From Lineavirus I22: a stretch of DNA of 6,744 bases. This document shows positions 1 to 4,974 of this stretch, in pieces. Each line of letters begins with the position of its first letter. Positions within the stretch are counted from its first letter, which is position 1. The position numbers and the translations under genes are program-made. The stretch is taken from sequence record NC_001332.1; one strand, 5' to 3'. The notes under the pieces were generated by a model. It was not told the origin of the DNA and did no database searches. It saw only the letters and a list, made by a program, of their open reading frames with translations.

Positions 1-984
1 AAGCTTCATCATTTCCCGCAGGTAGGCAGATATGCAAAACAATGTCGTGTTATGCGCATTGCAGACAAGCCCACTTTAGAGGATTTAGAGGCCATTGGTC
101 GCGGCAATCTTTCTTATGATGAATCAAAAAACGGCCTTATTGTTTTAGATGAGTGTGGCACGTGGTTTAATTCCCGCAACTGGAGTGATAAAAGTCGCCA
201 GCCTGTTATAGACTGGTTTTTACATGCCCGTAAATTAGGCTGGGATGTAATTTTTATTATTCAGGATATTTCCCTGATGGATAAGCAGGCACGCGAGGCT
301 TTAGCCGAACATGTTGTTTATTGCCGTCGATTAGATAAATTAAATATACCTATCATTGGTGGTTTAATTTCGGTTCTTTCAGGTGGTAGATTGCCATTAC
401 CGAAAGTTCACTTTGGTATTGTTAAATATGGTGATAATCCTCAGTCATTAACTGTAGATAAATGGATTTATACTGGTACAGATTTATATGCTGCTTACGA
501 TACTAAGCAGATATTTACCAGTGACCGTGAATTAAGCCCGCCATTCTGCCCCGTTTCGCCTTATTACACTCATGGCATATTTGCCGTTAAAAGGGATGCT
601 AAATATTATATGCGTATGACAAAAATCTATTTTAAGAAGATGAATCGTGTTTGGTTAATGGCTTCCTTTCTTGCTCTTGGTGCTGGCGTAGGGTTTTTTT
701 ATAAATCTCGCCAGATAAATGAGCAACTATCAAATATGCCTGTAGCGTCTGCTCAGGCTAATACCACTAAAACAGATCACACCATTGATGAATTGCCACG
801 ATTATCGATCAACTCATTTGCACAAATGGGTTATGATGTAAATGTAAGTTTTAAAGATGCAAAGGGAAAAATCTATTACTCATTTGATTTAATGAAATCT
901 GGTTATGCCTTAGATATTAAAGATTCCTGTCATATTACATTGCGTAAACGAAACTACATTCAGCAAGTTACTTGTGAAGGCTAA
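1..984 (+). CDS. I: Gene I protein (pI, Zot-like assembly ATPase), C-terminal part; continues in frame from 6631..6744 across the circular junction
   Basis: Frame 1 is open from position 1 (KLHHFPQVGRYAKQCRVMRIADKP...), so the ORF-track Met at 52 is internal. IADKPTLEDLEAIGRGNLSYDESKNGLIVLDECGTWFNSRNWSDKSRQPVIDWFLHARKLGWDVIFIIQD...AEHVVYCRRLD is near-collinear with Ff pI as I recall it. Hydrophobic membrane span VWLMASFLALGAGVGFFY. Stop TAA at 982-984. Confidence 0.9.
   Translation, partial: KLHHFPQVGRYAKQCRVMRIADKPTLEDLEAIGRGNLSYDESKNGLIVLDECGTWFNSRNWSDKSRQPVIDWFLHARKLGWDVIFIIQDISLMDKQAREALAEHVVYCRRLDKLNIPIIGGLISVLSGGRLPLPKVHFGIVKYGDNPQSLTVDKWIYTGTDLYAAYDTKQIFTSDRELSPPFCPVSPYYTHGIFAVKRDAKYYMRMTKIYFKKMNRVWLMASFLALGAGVGFFYKSRQINEQLSNMPVASAQANTTKTDHTIDELPRLSINSFAQMGYDVNVSFKDAKGKIYYSFDLMKSGYALDIKDSCHITLRKRNYIQQVTCEG
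610..984 (+). CDS. XI: pXI (I*), internal in-frame translation start within gene I
   Basis: In-frame ATG at 610 (MRMTKIYFKKMNRVW...) aligns with the Ff pXI start (MKLTKIYLKK...) just upstream of the membrane span. By analogy with Ff; the start is not verifiable from sequence alone. Confidence 0.45.
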   Translation: MRMTKIYFKKMNRVWLMASFLALGAGVGFFYKSRQINEQLSNMPVASAQANTTKTDHTIDELPRLSINSFAQMGYDVNVSFKDAKGKIYYSFDLMKSGYALDIKDSCHITLRKRNYIQQVTCEG

Positions 985-986
985 TT

Positions 987-2273
987 ATGAAAACTTTTTT
1001 TGCTAAATTCATCGTCGCTTTATTTGCTTTTACTTATTTCTCTGCATTCGCGGAGCCTGTTACTTTAAACAATTCTCCTGTGCGCTCATTCGTTCAATGG
1101 TATTCATCCAAAACAGGAAAATCAGTTATTGTTAACCCTGATGTTAAGGGGAATATCACCGTATTTAATGCTGATGTTAACAACGCAAATATTGATGACT
1201 TTTTTAAGTCTGTCCTTAATGCTAACGGCCTTGTAGTTGTCGCTGGTAATCCTGCCGTTGTTTCCACACCTTTAACTAAGCTCGCGTCGCAGCCGTCAAA
1301 TGAAGAAACCTATGATGATGAAAGTGACGGCGTAGCGTATGAGGCAGTACCGCAGTCGGCTGCGCCTGCTGTACCTGCCGATCTCACGGTACGTAATTTC
1401 AACGTGACGCGCGTTCGTTCTTCTGACGTTCTGCCGCTGGCTAAGATTTTCGTTGATTCAAATGGCGGCGGTAATGTCGTCGATTACCCAGGCAATAACA
1501 GTCTTGTTGTTTCCGGCTCAGCTCAGGTTATGCCTGCTTTATCCGATTTCATTACGTCAATTGATGTTGCCCGCGAACAGGTTCTGATTCAGTCCCTGAT
1601 GTTTGAAACCAGTGTTTCTAATGGCGTGGATCTTTCTTTTGCGCTGGCTCTAGCTTCTGGCGGTAAAGTTGCAGGCGGTTTTAATACCTCAGCTCTCGGC
1701 ACTGCTCTTTCTACTGCTGGCGGTAGCTTCGGTATCTTTAACGGTAACATTCTGGCGTTATCTCTCCAGGCTGTTCAGAGTGATTCTAACTCTAAGGTTA
1801 TCTCTACCCCTCGCATCCTCACGCAGTCCGGCCAGAGTGGTTATATTTCAGTTGGCCAGAATGTTCCTTTTGTGACAGGTAAAGTCACTGGCGAGGCTGC
1901 AAGCGTTAATAATCCTTTCCAGACAATCGAGCGCCGCGACGTAGGCGTATCACTAAAGGTAACGCCGGTTGTTATGGGAAATGGTCAGTTAGTTCTCACC
2001 ATCGATACTAAAGCCGACTCTCTCAGCAATCAGGCGATTGCCTCTGACATCATTACCAATCAGCGCCAGATACAAACCACCGTTCAGATTAAAGACGGTC
2101 AGACCCTGCTTTTAGGCGGCCTGATTAGCTCTAACCAGTTCGACAGCGATCGTTCTGTGCCTTTTATGTCGAAGATTCCTTTAATCGGCTGGCTTTTCCG
2201 CAGCCATTCAGACTCGAAAGATGATCGCACTATGTTCGTTTTGCTTACTGCTCACGTTATCAGGGCGCTTTGA
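987..2273 (+). CDS. IV: pIV secretin (outer-membrane phage export channel)
   Basis: 428 aa. Signal peptide MKTFFAKFIVALFAFTYFSAFA then EPV. Long collinear stretches match Ff pIV as recalled (SVIVNPDVKG, AGGSFGIFNG, SKVISTPRILTQSGQSGYISVGQNVPFVTGKVTGEAASVNNPFQTIERRDVG, QTLLLGGL, VPFMSKIPLIGWLF). SD GAAGG at 976-980, 6 nt before the ATG. Confidence 0.95.
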   Translation: MKTFFAKFIVALFAFTYFSAFAEPVTLNNSPVRSFVQWYSSKTGKSVIVNPDVKGNITVFNADVNNANIDDFFKSVLNANGLVVVAGNPAVVSTPLTKLASQPSNEETYDDESDGVAYEAVPQSAAPAVPADLTVRNFNVTRVRSSDVLPLAKIFVDSNGGGNVVDYPGNNSLVVSGSAQVMPALSDFITSIDVAREQVLIQSLMFETSVSNGVDLSFALALASGGKVAGGFNTSALGTALSTAGGSFGIFNGNILALSLQAVQSDSNSKVISTPRILTQSGQSGYISVGQNVPFVTGKVTGEAASVNNPFQTIERRDVGVSLKVTPVVMGNGQLVLTIDTKADSLSNQAIASDIITNQRQIQTTVQIKDGQTLLLGGLISSNQFDSDRSVPFMSKIPLIGWLFRSHSDSKDDRTMFVLLTAHVIRAL

Positions 2274-2278
2274 GGGTG

Positions 2279-2305
2279 CGGGGTAGGTGCGTTAGCCCTG
2301 CCCCG
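2279..2305 (+). other. GC-rich hairpin just after the gene IV stop; candidate packaging (morphogenetic) signal or part of it
   Basis: 5' arm CGGGGTAGG (2279-2287) pairs with 3' arm CCTGCCCCG (2297-2305): 9 bp including one G-T wobble, 9-nt loop. No T-run follows, so not a classic intrinsic terminator. In Ff the packaging hairpin sits at this position. Confidence 0.4.
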
Positions 2306-2353
2306 TATCCTCACAGCGTCCCCTGACCCGTATCATTCGCTTATCGCCGTATG
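2295..2353 (+). repeat. Iteron-like direct repeats CCCTG(C/A)CCCGTATC with a third partial copy GCCGTATG
   Basis: GCCCTGCCCCGTATCC (2295-2310) and CCCCTGACCCGTATCA (2320-2335) are 25 nt apart with one mismatch in the 14-nt core. CCGTAT recurs at 2347-2352 and ACGTAT at 2380-2385. Confidence 0.4.
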
Positions 2354-2596
2354 TGCTTCCCTGTCTTGTCCCTAAGGCTACGTATTGCCTCCCCGTTTAA
2401 ATCGTCAAGCTATAAATCGTGGGGGCCCCATCGCCCTGTTAAGCTGCCTTTTTTCCTGCGATCCTCCCGCCTCTCTGTTGTCTGACGGTCGCAGACGAAC
2501 AGGACGTTACAGCCATTGTTTTTCGTTCTGCTGGCTTCTTTTTTTGGGGGGTGTACTCTTGTTGCAAAATCGCAACGCAGCGGGGGTTAAATCATG

Positions 2597-2672
2597 CTGC
2601 ACGAAAGTCTCACTTTCGGGATTTTGGTTTTTGGATTTCTGCTGCGGAGTCAGGCGGGGCGGGGTGAACGTG
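2597..2672 (+). other. Nested inverted-repeat structure in a G-tract-rich segment; candidate ssDNA origin element (minus-strand priming site)
   Basis: CTGCACG (2597-2603) is complementary to CGTGCAG (2666-2672). Inner hairpin CGAAAGT-ctc-ACTTTCG (2602-2618). G-tracts at 2545-2550, 2582-2586 and 2655-2664. Functional assignment is inference. Confidence 0.3.
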
Positions 2673-2743
2673 CAGTGTATGTAATACTGCAACGTTTGTC
2701 TCAATCTGATACCTCTCTACTAAACGCCTCCTTTCTTTTTAAG

Positions 2744-2754
2744 CTCTTTAATCA
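2744..2754 (+). promoter_or_regulatory. Candidate plus-strand origin nick-site core (CTCTTTAATCA)
   Basis: Resembles the Ff pII nicking region TTCTTTAAT^AGTGG as I recall it (9 of 11 identical), in a T-rich context upstream of gene II. Hypothesis only. Confidence 0.25.
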
Positions 2755-3002
2755 TTTTCTTTTCTGCTAATTCTGTATAGTTTTCAATGACATAGTTTAA
2801 GTGAATCTGTCCATGTGACCTGTACGCCCGTACTTGTACTAATCCTGATCGCAGTATCACTCAGGTTTTTCTTTTTCTCGGTGGTGATACTGGCTGTTGT
2901 CCTAACTGGTTTTTTCATTTTATGCCTTTGAAAAATATAAAGTTTCTACCGAAAATAGGTTTTTAAGCGTAATCTTATTGTCAATAGATGTAAAAATTTT
3001 TG

Positions 3003-3030
3003 TTGCGCACGTTATTTTTCACGCTATCAT
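3003..3030 (+). promoter_or_regulatory. Candidate sigma70 promoter for gene II
   Basis: TTGCGC (3003-3008), 16-nt spacer, TATCAT (3025-3030), about 60 nt upstream of the gene II start in an AT-rich region. Imperfect hexamers. Confidence 0.3.
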
Positions 3031-3052
3031 GCCTGCATTGGATTTCATCTTG

Positions 3053-3070
3053 ATACGTGTATACACGTAT
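3053..3070. promoter_or_regulatory. 18-bp perfect palindrome ATACGTGTATACACGTAT in the gene II leader; candidate operator or RNA hairpin
   Basis: Self-complementary by inspection (core ACGTGTATACACGT, 3055-3068). Ends 9 nt before the SD (AGGG, 3080-3083) of gene II. Confidence 0.4.
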
Positions 3071-3090
3071 ACATCACTAAGGGAATGCGT

Positions 3091-4125
3091 ATGATTGATT
3101 GGGTTACAGCCGTCTTGCCTTGTCTGCATGTGCCTGTTGATGCTGGTCGCGTCCTCTCTGTTGCGCCGGATGGCTCTGTAGAATGGGAATCAGTAAAGTT
3201 TTCCCGCGTTACTGGCTCCTTTCAAAGCTCCATCAGTGTACGTTCGCAGGGTTCTGACGGTAATGGGAAAGCCACTCATTTATACGTTGATGGTAACCCG
3301 TCAAAGTGGTTGCAGGGTCATAATATCGTTGGAAGCGACGATCTCAACGGCCTTATGATTGCTTTTTACGCTCGTATGTTGTCACTACTCAATATACCTC
3401 ACCATCTAGAATCGTATCGTCAGGTGCTTTCTGGTCAGTACGAGCTAAAGCGCGTTGACATTAACTACATGTTTGAGCTTCCTACGCTCATTGATGTACG
3501 GTCATGGTTACATGCTGCTGAGTTCAAGGCTAAGACTCGTCACGGGCGCCCGGCAACTGCAAAGGGCACTCTGTACTTTGGTAAAAATTCTCGCCGTTGG
3601 TCTATTAAGGCTTACAGCAAATATGATGAAGTAAATTGCGGGAAAAAAGCTCATGGCGTTCCCGAAGAAATTAAGAAAACTGGCCTTGTTGAATGGTCTA
3701 AAAATAAATTACGTCTAGAATTAACATTACGCGCATTGCAGCTTACTGATATTAATTTAAACTTTGCTAAAAACTGGTCTACTGAAACTGCATATACTGT
3801 TTTTAAAGAATATATGGGGCGTATCGAAATGAGCGGAAATACTTTACTTACTGATACTCAAGTTATTAATTTACCGTCTGCGCTACGTATGACTTATGTG
3901 TGCTGGAAACAGGGCATTTGTGTAACAGATATGGTATCTCGCGCCACTTATTTTCGTCACCGCAAGGTTTTAAAAGAATTTGGTATTGATATTGCTGTTA
4001 CTGTTGATCGTGTTGATAATAGCAACGTTGTTCCGTTAATCCGTGTCTTAGAGGCTAAACCTGCTTCTATTCCTTCTCAATATGATAATTTAATATTTTC
4101 ATCTAATCGTGTATCAAGTTTCTAA
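3091..4125 (+). CDS. II: Gene II protein (rolling-circle replication initiator/nickase), divergent and shorter than Ff pII
   Basis: 344 aa from ATG 3091 (MIDWV..., compare Ff pII MIDMLV...). SD AGGG at 3080-3083 is 7 nt upstream; the ORF-track ATG at 3085 has no spacer. By-eye motif matches to Ff pII: SKWLQGHNIVGSDDL vs AKVLQGHNVFGTTDL, and NVVPLIRV vs NVVPLVRF near the C-terminus. The rest is poorly conserved; Ff pII is about 410 aa. Confidence 0.8.
   Translation: MIDWVTAVLPCLHVPVDAGRVLSVAPDGSVEWESVKFSRVTGSFQSSISVRSQGSDGNGKATHLYVDGNPSKWLQGHNIVGSDDLNGLMIAFYARMLSLLNIPHHLESYRQVLSGQYELKRVDINYMFELPTLIDVRSWLHAAEFKAKTRHGRPATAKGTLYFGKNSRRWSIKAYSKYDEVNCGKKAHGVPEEIKKTGLVEWSKNKLRLELTLRALQLTDINLNFAKNWSTETAYTVFKEYMGRIEMSGNTLLTDTQVINLPSALRMTYVCWKQGICVTDMVSRATYFRHRKVLKEFGIDIAVTVDRVDNSNVVPLIRVLEAKPASIPSQYDNLIFSSNRVSSF
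3829..4125 (+). CDS. X: pX, in-frame internal start within gene II (C-terminal domain product)
   Basis: In-frame ATGs at 3814 and 3829 (YMGRIEMSGN...) align with the Ff pX start (FEGDSMNIYDD). ATG 3829 has GGGG 7-12 nt upstream; 3814 is the alternative. By analogy only. Confidence 0.4.
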   Translation: MSGNTLLTDTQVINLPSALRMTYVCWKQGICVTDMVSRATYFRHRKVLKEFGIDIAVTVDRVDNSNVVPLIRVLEAKPASIPSQYDNLIFSSNRVSSF

Positions 4126-4135
4126 GGGGTTTTAA

Positions 4136-4462
4136 ATGCACTCAGGTATTCTTATTCGTGGTCGTATTCTCGGTTCTCGCACTGCAAACCGTGATAATAA
4201 TTCGCCGCAACATATTTTAGGCGTTGGCATTCAGAAAGCTGACGGTTTTGGCGGTACGACTCAGGATGTTGAGCAGGTTAAAATTCCTGACCAGCTTGTG
4301 CAAAGCGGCGTTGTTAATCAGATTAATTCGCTTATTGGCAAACTTTGCGAAGTACCGATTAATGTTCGTTCTTGGTCTATGAACGGCAAAAACGGCACTT
4401 CTTACACTCTGTCTTTTGAGTCCGGTATTCAGGAGATTGAAGAGCTGATTTATGTCAGATGA
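4136..4462 (+). CDS. Gene-V-position protein, putative ssDNA-binding protein; no recognisable similarity to Ff/IKe pV
   Basis: 108-aa ORF with SD AAGGGG (4124-4129) about 6 nt before the ATG, immediately after gene II and overlapping the gene VII start. Function inferred from synteny only; the sequence does not resemble Ff pV as I recall it. Confidence 0.6.
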   Translation: MHSGILIRGRILGSRTANRDNNSPQHILGVGIQKADGFGGTTQDVEQVKIPDQLVQSGVVNQINSLIGKLCEVPINVRSWSMNGKNGTSYTLSFESGIQEIEELIYVR

Positions 4463-4541
4463 ACTAATTCACGTAGTAATAGCTCTCGGCCTCGTTATTT
4501 CCTTCGGTTTGGGTGCTATTACTGCTGGGGTACTCCGATGA
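4452..4541 (+). CDS. VII: pVII-like minor coat protein
   Basis: 29-aa hydrophobic peptide MSDELIHVVIALGLVISFGLGAITAGVLR, comparable to Ff pVII. Start overlaps the gene V-position ORF stop by 11 nt; stop TGA overlaps the gene IX ATG (ATGA). Confidence 0.6.
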   Translation: MSDELIHVVIALGLVISFGLGAITAGVLR

Positions 4542-4639
4542 TTGACTATGTTGGTTTATTCATTGGCGCTTATATAATGGGCTTCGCCCTTTTCTATGGC
4601 ATAGGATTCTTTAAATCCATTGCTGAACGCATCGTTTAA
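4538..4639 (+). CDS. IX: pIX-like minor coat protein
   Basis: 33-aa hydrophobic peptide MIDYVGLFIGAYIMGFALFYGIGFFKSIAERIV, sitting between VII and VIII as in Ff. GGGG 6-9 nt upstream as SD. Confidence 0.6.
   Translation: MIDYVGLFIGAYIMGFALFYGIGFFKSIAERIV
4551..4578 (+). promoter_or_regulatory. Candidate sigma70 promoter for gene VIII, inside gene IX
   Basis: TTGGTT (4551-4556), 16-nt spacer, perfect TATAAT (4573-4578), about 75 nt upstream of the gene VIII ATG. Ff has a strong gene VIII promoter in the equivalent position. Confidence 0.4.
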
Positions 4640-4652
4640 TTAAGGAATACAC

Positions 4653-4907
4653 ATGAGCGTTATTACTAAAGTTGCTGCTGCTAAAAACAAAATCGTTGTT
4701 GGTGCTGGCCTGCTGATGGCTTCTGCTGGCGCGTTCGCTGCTGATGACGGTACTTCTACCGCTACCAGCTACGCTACTGAAGCAATGAACAGCCTGAAAA
4801 CTCAGGCAACTGATCTCATTGATCAGACGTGGCCTGTTGTAACTAGCGTTGCCGTTGCTGGTCTGGCAATTCGTCTTTTCAAGAAATTCTCTTCTAAAGC
4901 TGTTTAA
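4653..4907 (+). CDS. VIII: pVIII major coat protein precursor
   Basis: 84 aa. Signal peptide ending AFA, then an acidic N-terminus (ADDGTS), hydrophobic core and basic C-terminus. NYATEAM.SLKTQA.DLI.QTWPVV...AGL.IRLFKKFSSKAV is close to IKe/Ff pVIII as recalled. SD TAAGGAA at 4640-4646. Confidence 0.95.
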   Translation: MSVITKVAAAKNKIVVGAGLLMASAGAFAADDGTSTATSYATEAMNSLKTQATDLIDQTWPVVTSVAVAGLAIRLFKKFSSKAV

Positions 4908-4923
4908 TATTCAGCGTTTTCAA

Positions 4924-4949
4924 GGGGCGCTATTGCGCCCTTTTTTTTT
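4924..4949 (+). terminator. Rho-independent terminator after gene VIII
   Basis: GC stem GGGGCGC (4924-4930), loop TATT, GCGCCC (4935-4940), then nine T (4941-4949). Same position as the central terminator of Ff. Confidence 0.85.
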
Positions 4950-4974
4950 ACTTTAATTCAGCTAAGGTGTAATT

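Larger units (their letters stand above)
2274..3090. other. Large intergenic region, expected to hold packaging signal and minus- and plus-strand replication origins
   Basis: 811 nt between the gene IV stop and gene II start with no convincing ORF. 5' half is GC-rich with C-tracts, G-tracts and inverted repeats; 3' half is AT-rich. Position matches the Ff intergenic region. Confidence 0.8.

Noticed and set aside
1669-1875. 68-aa + strand ORF inside gene IV
   Set aside because: Lies in an alternative frame of the well-supported secretin gene, is leucine-rich and low-complexity, and has no SD.
2279-2305. Hairpin after gene IV as a rho-independent terminator
   Set aside because: The GC stem is followed by CGTATCCTCAC, not a T-run. 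Better interpreted as a packaging-signal or structural hairpin, possibly with rho-dependent termination as in Ff.
2385-2684. 99-aa + strand ORF in the intergenic region
   Set aside because: Requires a TTG start with no SD, is Cys/Arg/Gly-rich (a by-product of the G/C tracts), and spans the strongly structured origin-like DNA. More likely non-coding, though in a swapped module a small ORF cannot be fully excluded without homology search.
2507-2704. 65-aa minus-strand ORF in the intergenic region
   Set aside because: Every supported gene is on the + strand, as expected for a filamentous phage. No SD, low-complexity composition.
3085-3087. ATG at 3085 as the gene II start (ORF-track start)
   Set aside because: The SD (AGGG, 3080-3083) directly abuts this ATG with no spacer. 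ATG 3091 has 7-nt spacing and gives MIDWV, matching the Ff pII N-terminus MIDMLV.
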